63,933 bases of DNA from Bacillota bacterium (GTDB lineage: Bacteria > Bacillota > Bacilli > Alicyclobacillales > SLC66), in contig JAPNUJ010000001.1 of the NCBI GenBank assembly GCA_026627155.1, positions 1 through 63,933 on the forward strand, given 5' to 3'. The notes below the pieces were generated by a model. The model was not told the origin of the DNA. It did no database searches and saw only the letters and a list, made by a program, of their open reading frames with translations. Numbering within the stretch: position 1 is the stretch's first letter; the number at the start of each line of letters is the position of its first letter. Shown in pieces: positions 18,630 through 28,679 of this stretch. The position numbers were made by a program, and so were the translations under genes.

Positions 18630-19538
18630 TCAGGTCGAGGAATCACGCAACCAGGAGGAGTCGCGCACCCACATGGACGAGCTCTCACGCATTTTCAGGG
18701 ACTTCGTGTAGCCACTCGTCGCATAGGGCAACACCGGCGCGAATGGATGAGCAGACGGTCCATACGGAACAAATGGACCTTCGACGATCGGACCCTCCGG
18801 CGGCGGGTTGCAGGGATCCCAGCAGATGACTTGTTCGCCGATCGGTTCCACCGGACGCTCCTTGATGATCTCTTCCTTCACATAGACCTTGGCTACAGAC
18901 GGAGGCGTCGGCTTGAGCTTTGTCACCTTCGTCTCTTCCTTGATGTTCGTGTAATTGACGTTGGCGTCGATGTGAAATTGCGGGGCCACCGGAGGAACCA
19001 TCGGCGCGGGCATCACGGGCGGCACGATCGGCCCGTTGTAGGCTTTGGCAGCCGTACTCGGTTTCGGGGAGGTCATGTACTGCTTGCCACCCGGCGTATT
19101 CATCGGCATGTTCATCGGCATGGCGACACTTGGTGAGGAACCCGGGATCTGAATCACCTGACCTGGGGCAATCCGGGTCGGGTCGCTGATCTGCGGGTTG
19201 GCCATCGCCAGCATCTGTAGTGGCACACCGACTTGCTGCGAAATTTTCCACATCGTGTCCCCGGCCTTGACGACATACTGCCAGGTCGGTTGACCGTACC
19301 CGCCAGGAATCGCCATGTTCGCCGGTGCACCGAGCGGCATGCCAGGCGGGGTATTTACCGGCATACCGCCCGTCATGTCCTCCAGCGGCAAGTTCAGCCG
19401 GTCTCCGACGTTCAAAACGTTGGGGTTGGCCACCTGTGGGTTGGCGGCGATCAACGTGTCCACCGACAAGCCATAGCGCTTCGCGATCTTCCACATCGAA
19501 TCGCCGTGTTGCACTACATACATTCTCACTCGGGTCAT
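18630..19538 (-). CDS. LysM-domain (x2) protein, SafA/SpoVID-like spore coat assembly candidate
   Basis: Two LysM repeats (YVVQHGDSMWKIAKRYGLSVDTLIAANPQ...GDRLNLP and YVVKAGDTMWKISQQVGVPLQMLAMANPQ...GQVIQIP), followed by a Pro/Met/Val-rich region. The start is ATG 19538, GTG 19529 or ATG 19523, after GGGAGG (19539..19544). The upstream part of ORF 18630..19838 overlaps yunB and is not real. Confidence 0.65.
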   Translation of the reverse strand: MTRVRMYVVQHGDSMWKIAKRYGLSVDTLIAANPQVANPNVLNVGDRLNLPLEDMTGGMPVNTPPGMPLGAPANMAIPGGYGQPTWQYVVKAGDTMWKISQQVGVPLQMLAMANPQISDPTRIAPGQVIQIPGSSPSVAMPMNMPMNTPGGKQYMTSPKPSTAAKAYNGPIVPPVMPAPMVPPVAPQFHIDANVNYTNIKEETKVTKLKPTPPSVAKVYVKEEIIKERPVEPIGEQVICWDPCNPPPEGPIVEGPFVPYGPSAHPFAPVLPYATSGYTKSLKMRESSSMWVRDSSWLRDSST

Positions 19539-19620
19539 CCTCCCAGGGTCTAATGTCTGTAGCAATATATGCGGGCGTAGGCCAATTGACCGGGAGCGCC
19601 CGAAAGTTGGGCACCACAGG

Positions 19621-20298
19621 TCAACGCCCGACGGGCAAGACAGGAGCCCCGCTGCCTGTGACGGTGGTCTGTGGGACACTGCCGATGAAGATGACGTACG
19701 CGATGGGAATCTGCGTATCGACCTTGACAGGTTGGGTGACGAAGGGGACGACGACACTGACCTGCGCCTCGATGTGCAGATACAGGATGTGGACCGTCTG
19801 GTTGATACCGGCCGTCTGCACCACGGGAATGACATCACTGTGAGCCGATCCGAGCGGCACGATGCGCACGGGAATCGACGGCCCCAACGTTGCGAGAATC
19901 GCGCTTCCGGTGGCCTCGAGCGCGGGTACGTAGAGGATGCGGTCTTCGAGGCGTGTCAGTACATGCTGCACCCGTAGCGTCGTGAGACTTTCGATCCGCG
20001 CCACCTCGGCAAAGTTAAAGTGAGCGCTTGTCACGCGGCCGTTTCGATCGCGGTCGAGCACCACCAGCTTCGCGTACTCAGAGTCTTCGGCGATGCGCTT
20101 GGTCAGCGCATCGTTGATCGCTTCCGTGGCCATCTGTCGGGCGACGCCCGTGGCCATCGCCAGGAACGGAGGCCGCAGGCTGCGATCGAGCAAGTCGATC
20201 GTGTAGATGAAAAAAGCGAGGGAACAGAGCAAAAAGATCATACTAAAGAATGCAAATCGGCGAATGGGCCGTGGTGCCCGTCTGGCGCGAAACTGCAT
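19621..20298 (-). CDS. yunB: Sporulation protein YunB
   Basis: A basic N-terminus plus one TM (MQFRARRAPRPIRRFAFFSMIFLLCSLAFFIYTI), then a YunB-like body (NFAEVARIES...VRIVPLG...IPIAYVIFIG). ATG 20298 follows GGAAAGGGTGG. Confidence 0.8.
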   Translation of the reverse strand: MQFRARRAPRPIRRFAFFSMIFLLCSLAFFIYTIDLLDRSLRPPFLAMATGVARQMATEAINDALTKRIAEDSEYAKLVVLDRDRNGRVTSAHFNFAEVARIESLTTLRVQHVLTRLEDRILYVPALEATGSAILATLGPSIPVRIVPLGSAHSDVIPVVQTAGINQTVHILYLHIEAQVSVVVPFVTQPVKVDTQIPIAYVIFIGSVPQTTVTGSGAPVLPVGR

Positions 20299-20319
20299 GG
20301 ACGCCGACCACCCTTTCCG

Positions 20320-20363
20320 CATACAGTACAGAGACGGACTCTGGCCCGTCTCTGTACTGTATG
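20320..20363. terminator. Perfect 18-bp hairpin between tyrS and yunB (no U-tract)
   Basis: Arms CATACAGTACAGAGACGG (20320..20337) and CCGTCTCTGTACTGTATG (20346..20363) with an 8-nt loop. It lies 45 nt downstream of the tyrS stop. Confidence 0.5.
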
Positions 20364-20407
20364 CCAAGCAAGCGGTCAGGTTGTCCACGCATCGGCCTGA
20401 AGGCCAA

Positions 20408-21646
20408 TCATTGAGATCGTTCGCCTCCCTCGCGAACCATCAGCCGTGCGAAGCGACGTTTCCCGACCTGAACGACCATACCGGACTGCGGCGTCAACTC
20501 GGCCTGTTGATCGGCCACGCCCACTCCATCGATTTTGACGCCACCACCGGCAATCAAGCGGCGCGCCTCAGAATTACTCGGTGCCAGACCGGCCGCCACC
20601 AACAGGGGAACCAAGGGTTGCTTGTCTGCGGAGACGGCGAAGTCGGGCATGTCGTCGGGCAGGCTCCGCTTTTGGAAGACTTGAACGAACTCGCCTTGCG
20701 CGTGATCCGCCTCTTCCTTTCCCGCAAATCGGGTGGTCAGCGCGTAGGCCAGCGCCATTTTTCCATCGCGGGGGTGACACGTCCCCGACGCCAGCCCCTC
20801 CACGATCTCTCCCACGCACACCGGAGACAGCCCGCTCACGAGTTCGAGATAGCGCGGCATGAGCGCGTCTGGCACGGACATCGCCTTGCCATAGATCTCG
20901 CGCGCGGGCTCACTGACCCCGATATAATTGCCGAGACTCTTGGACATCTTTTGGACCCCGTCCAGCCCTTCCAGAAGCGGCATCGTGATCGCCACTTGCG
21001 GTTCCAATCCATACTCTTTTTGAAGAGTGCGCCCCATCAGAAGATTGAACGTCTGATCGGTCCCCCCAAGCTCCACATCCGTACGTAGCGCTACGGAGTC
21101 GTAACCTTGCATAAGCGGGTAGAAGAACTCATGGATGCTGATGGGAGCCCCTTCGGCAAACCGTTTTTTGAAGTCATCGCGCTCGAGCATCCGCGCCACC
21201 GTGAGTGTCGATGCCAGGCGCACAACATCTGCAAAATGTAGCGGCCCAAGCCATGTCGAGTTAAAGTGCACCTCTGTCTTGTCGCGATCAAGGATCTTGA
21301 AAATCTGCTCGCGGTACGTGCGGGCGTTCTCCTGAACCTGTTCCGGCGTCAGTTGCCGTCGCGTCTCCGAGCGCCCTGTCGGGTCCCCGATCTGTCCCGT
21401 GAAGTCACCGATGACCAGTTGCACAGTATGGCCAAACGACTGAAACTGGCGCAGCTTCTCAAGCACCACTGTATGTCCGACGTGAATGTCCGGGGACGAC
21501 GGGTCGAGTCCCAGCTTCACCCGCAAAGGCACTCCCGTGTCCAGACTCTTTTTCACTTTTTCGACCAGTTCATGCGCTGGCGTCACATCCACGACGCCTC
21601 TGCGCAAGACGGACAGTTGTTCCGCAACCTCTCGGTCTTGCCCCAC
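20408..21646 (-). CDS. tyrS: Tyrosine--tRNA ligase
   Basis: Contains LGLDPSSPDIHVGHTV (HIGH), KMSKSLGNYI (KMSKS) and a C-terminal S4 domain. GTG start follows GGAAAGGGTGA. Confidence 0.97.
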   Translation of the reverse strand: MGQDREVAEQLSVLRRGVVDVTPAHELVEKVKKSLDTGVPLRVKLGLDPSSPDIHVGHTVVLEKLRQFQSFGHTVQLVIGDFTGQIGDPTGRSETRRQLTPEQVQENARTYREQIFKILDRDKTEVHFNSTWLGPLHFADVVRLASTLTVARMLERDDFKKRFAEGAPISIHEFFYPLMQGYDSVALRTDVELGGTDQTFNLLMGRTLQKEYGLEPQVAITMPLLEGLDGVQKMSKSLGNYIGVSEPAREIYGKAMSVPDALMPRYLELVSGLSPVCVGEIVEGLASGTCHPRDGKMALAYALTTRFAGKEEADHAQGEFVQVFQKRSLPDDMPDFAVSADKQPLVPLLVAAGLAPSNSEARRLIAGGGVKIDGVGVADQQAELTPQSGMVVQVGKRRFARLMVREGGERSQ

Positions 21647-22001
21647 GATGATTCACCCTTTCCCTCTCATTGCCCGGCAACGCTTCCCCACCTCATGGTG
21701 CCCACGCATCCGCTTTTGGCTGCCGAACGACATGAGAACGCAAAAACGCACCGCACTCTCCGGGGACGAGCCAGGCTCGCGGTACCACCCCGGAAGAGAA
21801 CAGCGCGTCCTCCACCTTCGTTGTCATAACGGCAACCCATTCAGGTCACCGGCTCCAGCTACACACCTCCGCCACGAGGGTTCCCCGGAGCCGCTCCAGA
21901 GTGTACTTCGCGCAACCCCCTGACCGACTCGCAGCGTTCGTCGGCTCTCTGAACAGGAACGGTCAGCTACTCTCTCCATCGCAGCGCGTCACATGTAAAA
22001 T
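21647..22001 (-). promoter_or_regulatory. T-box leader, Tyr specifier (UAC)
   Basis: The minus strand has AGAGAG/CAGAGAGC stem-I motifs, the specifier context GCGAAG-UAC-ACUC (UAC = complement of 21903..21905), the T-box GGGTGGTACCGCG (21790..21778), and then GCGTTTTTGCG. Confidence 0.85.
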
Positions 22002-22008
22002 TGTCAGC

Positions 22009-22038
22009 ATCTTAGCATATCCGTCGCGACTTCGTCAA
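22009..22038 (-). promoter_or_regulatory. Sigma-A promoter of the tyrS leader (TTGACG-N18-TAAGAT)
   Basis: TTGACG lies at 22038..22033 (overlapping the stop of the upstream gene) and TAAGAT at 22014..22009. Confidence 0.55.
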
Positions 22039-23504
22039 CGGGGCGCAATCGTTTTGATCATATGCATCGGCGACCTCAAGATCCGTTCGTCGGGAGAGTA
22101 GTTGCGACAGATCTCTTCGCCACGCTCCTGCACTGCCGTGATGATCTCCTCACGAGCGGCCCAAGGGAGGTTCGCCAGTTCTTCTTGCGCCCATCCCAGC
22201 CCGCGCACCAGCACATCGACATTTTCCTGTGGCCACCAGTAAAACGCCCGGATGACCAGTTCGCCCGTCTTTTCGATCCAGAGACCTGCCTCGCGATACA
22301 GTCGCTCTATCTCGTGCCTGGAGATGAGATAGGTTCTCGGCTCCGCGCGATCCTCGCGGCGGGCCAGCTTCATAATCGGCTCCATCCAGTCGACGAAGAA
22401 AGGCACATCCATGCCGGCCGGAAGGACGTTGAGCGATCCCACGATCCCGCCGGGCCGCACGACGCGGCGCATCTCTTGAAGGGCTCGAGGGATGTCCGTA
22501 AGATGGAGAACGGCCGCGGCAATGACCACATCAAACGTACCATCCGCAAACGGGAGCTCCTCGACTCGGCCCTGAAGAAACTCTACCCAGCCGAGGTCGG
22601 CCTCGCGAGCCTTCTTCTGCGCTCGCAACAGCATGGACATCGAGGGATCGATCGCGATCACCCTCCCCGTCGGTCCCACGCGCGCCGCGAGGTGACCATC
22701 CACTGTGAGGATGCCATCGCCGCAACCGATCTCCAGTACCTGCATACCCGGCGCAATGCCGATAAAATCGACAAAGTCCACGCGCTTCGTAATCCAGTCC
22801 GGGGCAATCTTGCGCATGGCGGGCTCGAGCTGAATCGCCGAGTTGAAACGAGAGACATTTAGGTGTCGCATCCGCGCATCCAAATACCCGGACTTTTGCA
22901 GGACCCCTGTGATGTCCCTGAAGTTTGACTCCCCTTGCTCAGTCAACAAAACGACACGCTCAGACCCGCGCAGCTCGACTCTCAAATTGCCGTTATGAAC
23001 ACCCAAATTCAGTTCGTCTTGAAGCGAGTAGTCAATCCAGGGTCGATGAAGATGCCCCAGGATAAAGTCACGTTCCGACATGCCGGCGTAATATGCGATG
23101 GCCTGATAGTTTTCGTAGCGTGTCGCCAAGGAGTAGACCTCCATGAGGGCACCGACGCCGTACGCTGACAAAAAGCCCTCGACGCGCTGCCAGGACAACT
23201 CGGCAAACGCGTGGGTGACCTCAGCCGTTCCAGTCTCTTCTTGCGCAATCCACACAGCAGTCGATGCCGCGATCTCATAGATGGCTGTACGCGGGATTCG
23301 ATCCCCTGTCACACTCGGGTCGCCAAACCGCGTCGCCAAGAGTTCACGGGACCAGCGTTCGTGAATGATCGCACGGGCATGCCGGCTCATGTAATCGAAG
23401 ATCTCGTCATTGAATCGGGAGCGCGTGCCGACCCCGGCCAGCCAAGGGCTGACCAGCAAACCGTGCGCCATAAAATGTTGAATGTCGGCAGTCCGATCCT
23501 CCAT
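22035..23504 (-). CDS. Multi-domain class I SAM-dependent methyltransferase with an uncharacterised ~250-aa N-terminal domain
   Basis: The central region VLEIGCGDGILT...IAIDPS...FDVVIAAAVLHL...VVRPGGIV matches a Methyltransf_11/25-type fold. I do not recognise the flanking N- and C-terminal regions. ATG 23504 follows GGAGGAGAGGG. Confidence 0.7.
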   Translation of the reverse strand: MEDRTADIQHFMAHGLLVSPWLAGVGTRSRFNDEIFDYMSRHARAIIHERWSRELLATRFGDPSVTGDRIPRTAIYEIAASTAVWIAQEETGTAEVTHAFAELSWQRVEGFLSAYGVGALMEVYSLATRYENYQAIAYYAGMSERDFILGHLHRPWIDYSLQDELNLGVHNGNLRVELRGSERVVLLTEQGESNFRDITGVLQKSGYLDARMRHLNVSRFNSAIQLEPAMRKIAPDWITKRVDFVDFIGIAPGMQVLEIGCGDGILTVDGHLAARVGPTGRVIAIDPSMSMLLRAQKKAREADLGWVEFLQGRVEELPFADGTFDVVIAAAVLHLTDIPRALQEMRRVVRPGGIVGSLNVLPAGMDVPFFVDWMEPIMKLARREDRAEPRTYLISRHEIERLYREAGLWIEKTGELVIRAFYWWPQENVDVLVRGLGWAQEELANLPWAAREEIITAVQERGEEICRNYSPDERILRSPMHMIKTIAPR

Positions 23505-23747
23505 GTCAACCCTCTCCTCCACGATCCTCTATCCAGAATAACGGCGCAGCCGATTATTCTTCTGGCAGACGGTGGCGCGAGAGCGCCATGTCACCGTCTA
23601 TGTAGAATAGTAGCACACTTGTCCATGCATTTTTGTACAAAGGTCCCTCCTCAGGACGGGCATTCAGGCATAGATTCCCATGCCCTGTTACATGCTACCG
23701 GTACAGACGGGAGGCCCTCTTGTGGGGTTGCGAGCGAGGTGACGGCA

Positions 23748-26141
23748 ATGCACGAACCATCCCGACGGGATCGCCATCGGGGAGTTGACAAAAAAGGCCG
23801 TCGGCGAGCGACTCCAGGGCGAACAAAATGTCGTCAGTTGCGCCTTCTCCCGGCGTTCGCGGTGATCAGTAGCGCGTTGATCGGAGCCATGATCGGCGGC
23901 CTGAGTTTTCTCTTGCGTGACACGCCACCTCTAAACCTCTCAGCCTTCACCAATCTATCCTCGTCCACATTGGTCTTCGCGCGCGATCACACCACTCTCC
24001 TCGGACGCTACGCAGCCGATGGGGACCGCCGCCCTTTGCACGAACTGCGCGACGCCGGGGCATGGGTCCCTGACGCCTTCATCGCTGCAGAGGACCGGGA
24101 TTTTTACCATCACATTGGCGTCGACCCCATGGCGGTGGTTCGATCGGCTTGGACTGACGTGCGCCAAGGGCATCTGGCCAGCGGCGGCTCCACCATCACG
24201 CAGCAAACCGTGAAACTGGCGCTGTTCCCCAGACAAGAGCGCACATGGCGGCGCAAGGCTCAGGAACTTGCCTTGGCCATCGATTTGGAACGCGTGCAAA
24301 CGAAAACGCAAATTCTTCTGGAGTATCTCAATGCCCTGTACTTTGGCACCGTTCACGGCGTCCATGTCTATGGCGTGCAAAGCGCCGCCCTGCATCTCTT
24401 TGGCAAAGCGGCCAACGACTTGACGCCCGCCCAGGCGGCGCTCGTGGCAGCCATCCCGAACAATCCCTCACTCTTTTCCGTGGAGACTCACCCTGAGTTG
24501 GTCAAAGACCGCGAGCAGCGAATCTTGCGCCGCATGCACCAAGACCATGATCTGACGGATTCGGACTACGCAATGGCCACGCGTGAGCCCGTTCTCCAGG
24601 AACTCAGCCACAGTCGGCTCCTGTCCGCTCCTTATGAGAGCCACAACCCGTTTATTGCCGCACAAGTCAGGCATCTGGCTCCCCTGTTGATGGCACGGGC
24701 CCAGCACATCTCACTGGAGGACGCAGAGCGAGTCCTTGAAACCGGCGGCCTGCACATCTACACGTCCATTGATCCGACGCTGCAGACGCGGCTTGATGCC
24801 TCGGTCGAGGCCAGCCACTTTGCCCACCCGATCTCCCTGGCCCCGCTTCCCGCCCGTGGCAAAACCGGTCAAGGTGCCGCCCGCAGCTTAACAGAACAGG
24901 TAGGCGCTGTCGTCATCGAAAACAGCACAAGTCGCGTGGTGGCAGAATGCGGTGGACGCGACTTCAGCGAGAGCGAAGTGGATCACGCGACAGCCCATCG
25001 GCAGCCAGGCTCCGCGCTCAAGCCGGTGGCCGTGTACGGTCCGGCCATTGAACGCCGGATCATCACGCCTGCCAGCATCCTCGATGATGCGCCGCATCAC
25101 TACCCGGACCCGAACGCGAAAGGCGGCGACTGGTTCCCGCAAGACTGGGATGGGCATTTTCACGGTTTGATGACCGCCCGTGATGCCCTCATGCAATCGT
25201 ACAACATCCCCGCCATCGAACTCCTGAGTCGGATCGGGGGGCAGACCGGTGCACGCTATGCACAGGAACTCGGCCTTTCTGGAATCCTTCCGGAAGATGG
25301 GCAAAGTCTGGGCTTGGCGATCGGCGGGATCCACGGCGGGGTGAGCCCGTTGGAATTGGCGGGGGCGTATACGGCCTTGGCTCAACGGGGGATTTATACG
25401 GCCCCATCCTTGATCGACGCCATCGTTGACAGCAATGGCCGCACACTGTACGAGCGTTCACAAACGCATCGTGAAGTTTTCTCCGCCCAAACCGCCTATT
25501 TGCTCACGAGAATGCTGCAGACGGTGATCTCGAGTCCATTTGGCACGGCGTACGGCTTGCACGACCTCGCGGCACAAGGGGATCTAGCCGGCAAAACCGG
25601 AACGACCGACAACAATGCCGATGCCTGGTTCACCGGCTATACGCCGCGCTACACGATGAGCGTCTGGGCGGGGTTTGACCTGCCCCGTCCACTCCCTGTT
25701 CACGACGGACTTCGCGAAAGTCTTAGGCCCCAATGGATTTTTCGCGACACCCTCGGCCCCGAGATCACCCACCGTCGCGAGCGCTTTCCGTCTTTGGCCG
25801 GAGTTCGCGTCTACAAGATCTGCACCAAGTCCGGACTGTTGGCCGGCCCCCTTTGCCAGGCCGCCCACGAGGTGGAGGAGGACTACTTGCCCGAGGCCGA
25901 TGCACCTCAGGAGATCTGCACGCTGCATCGCCTCGTCTACACCACTTGGTCGCATGGCAAGCGCTATCTCGCCACAGACCTCACACCGCCGGACAGGGTC
26001 CGCCAAGAGGTGTTGCTCGATCGGCTCCCTGATACGATCGACGAGCGCGACGAAAAGCTCACCCCGCTTGACAGCGAGGAGTCGATTCCCACAGCCGCAG
26101 ACCCTCGCGGTGGCACGCCGCTGTCACCGGCAGGGCTGTAG
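23748..26141 (+). CDS. Class A penicillin-binding protein (PBP1A-type transglycosylase/transpeptidase)
   Basis: GT51 motifs (AAEDRDFYHHIGVD, GGSTITQQTVK, RKAQELALAIDLE) plus transpeptidase motifs SALKP (SxxK) and KTGTT. ATG 23748 follows GAGGTGA. The upstream part of ORF 23211..26141 is antisense to the methyltransferase gene. Confidence 0.92.
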   Translation: MHEPSRRDRHRGVDKKGRRRATPGRTKCRQLRLLPAFAVISSALIGAMIGGLSFLLRDTPPLNLSAFTNLSSSTLVFARDHTTLLGRYAADGDRRPLHELRDAGAWVPDAFIAAEDRDFYHHIGVDPMAVVRSAWTDVRQGHLASGGSTITQQTVKLALFPRQERTWRRKAQELALAIDLERVQTKTQILLEYLNALYFGTVHGVHVYGVQSAALHLFGKAANDLTPAQAALVAAIPNNPSLFSVETHPELVKDREQRILRRMHQDHDLTDSDYAMATREPVLQELSHSRLLSAPYESHNPFIAAQVRHLAPLLMARAQHISLEDAERVLETGGLHIYTSIDPTLQTRLDASVEASHFAHPISLAPLPARGKTGQGAARSLTEQVGAVVIENSTSRVVAECGGRDFSESEVDHATAHRQPGSALKPVAVYGPAIERRIITPASILDDAPHHYPDPNAKGGDWFPQDWDGHFHGLMTARDALMQSYNIPAIELLSRIGGQTGARYAQELGLSGILPEDGQSLGLAIGGIHGGVSPLELAGAYTALAQRGIYTAPSLIDAIVDSNGRTLYERSQTHREVFSAQTAYLLTRMLQTVISSPFGTAYGLHDLAAQGDLAGKTGTTDNNADAWFTGYTPRYTMSVWAGFDLPRPLPVHDGLRESLRPQWIFRDTLGPEITHRRERFPSLAGVRVYKICTKSGLLAGPLCQAAHEVEEDYLPEADAPQEICTLHRLVYTTWSHGKRYLATDLTPPDRVRQEVLLDRLPDTIDERDEKLTPLDSEESIPTAADPRGGTPLSPAGL

Positions 26142-26193
26142 CGGCTGAAACAGGGAGGTTCGACCAAAGTGGCTCAACCTGAGCGGGCCTGTG

Positions 26194-28551
26194 TTAGCGG
26201 CTCAGCTCGACGACGGTGACGCCGCTGCCGCCCTCGCCCTCGCCGCCCGCACGCGACGCGCGGATCCGCGGGTGATCGCGCAGGTACTCAAGGACTCCCT
26301 TGCGCAGTGCGCCTGTGCCTTTGCCATGGATCAAAGTGACTTGGTGAAAGCCTGCCAAGACGGCACGATCGAGATAGCGGTCGACCTCGATCATCGCCTC
26401 ATCTACGGTCGTGCCCCGCAAATCCAGGCTGGCTCCGACCTCTGTCCCGGCTGAACGGGTGACCATGACAACAGGCGAAGCGATCGACTTGCCGCTTCGA
26501 ATCATCTCCAGTTGATCGCGGGGCACTTTGACTTTCATCGCACCGACCGCGACCAGCACCTCGTCACCGCGGTCCGGCAACTCGAGGATCGTCCCTTTTT
26601 GCCCGCCCAGTGTGAGGACGCGCACTTCATCACCGACCACAGCCGGCTGCGTCCGCCGGCCTTGACTTCTCGTGGCCTGAAGCCGACGATCAGGGGCCAG
26701 ACCCTCCAGTCGCTTGCGCGCGTCTGTCAACTCGTGATCGCGCAATGTTCGACCGTGCGCCTTGGCTTCACGCAGTTCCTCGAGCAATTGCTCGACTTCA
26801 TGCTGTGCCCGTCGCACAAACGTGCGCACCTCGTCCTCCGCCTTCTGCTGTCGTCGCAGGCGTTCCGATGCGTCCGCCTCTTGACTGCGCGCCAGGTCGT
26901 CCTCGCGTCGCGTGAGCTTCAGGCGAAGCTCCGCAAGTTCCTCCTCCTCCCTGCGGGCCGATAACACACTCGCCTGGAGTTGTGCAATCAGATCCTCAAC
27001 GCGCACATCGTGGGTGGACAGTTGCTGTTCGGCCGTCTTGATCAGCGGTTCAGGCAAGCCCAGTCTGCGCGAGATCGCAAATGCGTTGGATTTGCCTGGC
27101 ACGCCCATTAACAGACGATAGGTAGGGGCGAGCGTTGCCACATCAAACTCCATGCTGGCATTCATGGTTTGTGGCGTCGTGTAGGCGTAGGCCTTGAGTT
27201 CGGTGTAGTGCGTCGTGGCGATGGTGCGAATACCGCGCGTCCGCAAATCATCGAGGATCGCGACGGCGAGTGCCGCTCCCTCCGTAGGATCGGTTCCCGC
27301 GCCCAACTCGTCAAACAGAACCAGCGACGCCTTGTCCGCCTTCTTGAGGATCTCGATGATCTGGGTCATATGACTGGAAAAGGTCGACAGGTTCTGGGCG
27401 ATGCTCTGCTCATCGCCGATGTCCGCGTACACTTCGCTAAAAAACCCGATCTGGCTCCCTTCCAGCGCGGGCACGAAAAGGCCTGACAGCGCCATCAACG
27501 TCAGGAGTCCCGTGGTCTTCAGTGCCACCGTCTTGCCACCCGTGTTGGGGCCCGTGATGACCAGCAGGTGAAAGTCTGCACCCACCGCAATGTCCAGCGG
27601 GACCGCGCGACCCTGTTCCAACAGCGGGTGCCTCCCGGCCCGGATGTGAATCACCGGGTCGGCTGACACCGTGGGCTCGACAGCGTTCATGGCGTGGCCG
27701 ACCATCGCCTTGGCGACCATAAAATCGAGCTCGCCCAGGGCGTGGACTGCGCTCCGCAACGCTTGTTCGTGCAAAGCCAGGAACTCAGACAGGGACACGA
27801 GGATCCGCTCCATCTCGTCGTGTTCCTGCGCGCGCAGGTGCTGTAGCTCATTGCTGAGTTGCAGCACGCGCTCCGGCTCAACGAACACCGTCTGTCCAGA
27901 CGCCGAGGCATCGTGAACCACACCGCGAACGTGTTGCTGACTGTCTGCCCGGACAGCGAGACAGTAGCGGTCACCGCGCATCGTGATGATCGTGTCCTGA
28001 AGGTACTTTTGCCACTGCGCTGAACGCACCATCTCTTCGAGCGTGCGCTTGACCCGTTCCTGTGCCGTGCGCATGGCCGCCCGCAAGCGCGAGAGCTCAG
28101 GACTGGCGTGATCGAGCATCACGGCGTCCTCGTCGATACACTGGTTGATCTCGTCTTCAATCACCTTTGGCACCTGGCATGTCTGTGCCAGTGCACTCGC
28201 CACAGGCAGTGGCGCACGCTCCGCGATGTCAGCAACAAAGCGCAGCATCTGGCGTGCGCGATTGGCTGTACGGGAGACGGCGGCCAGTTCAGCCGCCGAG
28301 GCCACGCCACCCACCCGAACTCGGCGGAGTGCGGGACGAATATCAGACGTGCGAGCAAAAGGCGGAACGCCTTTGAGACGATAGAGTGTGGCGCCTTCTG
28401 CCGTTCGTGCCATCGCAGCCTGCACCGAGGCCAGGTCCGCCAAGGGGCCTAATAGTCGAGCCCATTCTTCGCCATAGGGGGTGGCGCACTGTGCAAGCAC
28501 CCGATCGCGAATCAGCGTATACTCAAGTAAGCGCACGATGCGCTCGTTCAT
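26194..28551 (-). CDS. mutS2: Endonuclease MutS2
   Basis: Contains GPNTGGKTV (Walker A), DELGAGTDP and a C-terminal Smr domain (LDLRGTTVDEA...IHGKGTGALR). I prefer ATG 28551 (MNERIVRLLEY). Confidence 0.95.
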   Translation of the reverse strand: MNERIVRLLEYTLIRDRVLAQCATPYGEEWARLLGPLADLASVQAAMARTAEGATLYRLKGVPPFARTSDIRPALRRVRVGGVASAAELAAVSRTANRARQMLRFVADIAERAPLPVASALAQTCQVPKVIEDEINQCIDEDAVMLDHASPELSRLRAAMRTAQERVKRTLEEMVRSAQWQKYLQDTIITMRGDRYCLAVRADSQQHVRGVVHDASASGQTVFVEPERVLQLSNELQHLRAQEHDEMERILVSLSEFLALHEQALRSAVHALGELDFMVAKAMVGHAMNAVEPTVSADPVIHIRAGRHPLLEQGRAVPLDIAVGADFHLLVITGPNTGGKTVALKTTGLLTLMALSGLFVPALEGSQIGFFSEVYADIGDEQSIAQNLSTFSSHMTQIIEILKKADKASLVLFDELGAGTDPTEGAALAVAILDDLRTRGIRTIATTHYTELKAYAYTTPQTMNASMEFDVATLAPTYRLLMGVPGKSNAFAISRRLGLPEPLIKTAEQQLSTHDVRVEDLIAQLQASVLSARREEEELAELRLKLTRREDDLARSQEADASERLRRQQKAEDEVRTFVRRAQHEVEQLLEELREAKAHGRTLRDHELTDARKRLEGLAPDRRLQATRSQGRRTQPAVVGDEVRVLTLGGQKGTILELPDRGDEVLVAVGAMKVKVPRDQLEMIRSGKSIASPVVMVTRSAGTEVGASLDLRGTTVDEAMIEVDRYLDRAVLAGFHQVTLIHGKGTGALRKGVLEYLRDHPRIRASRAGGEGEGGSGVTVVELSR

Positions 28552-28679
28552 GGGATTCGATTCCTTTCCTGAGTCTGAGGATAGTGTCCCAAGATCGCGT
28601 CCGTCCACGCGCCGGTCCTCATGATTTGGGACGGCAGCGGATACACTACAGTACAGAAAGACGTGGAGGTGAATCTGCC

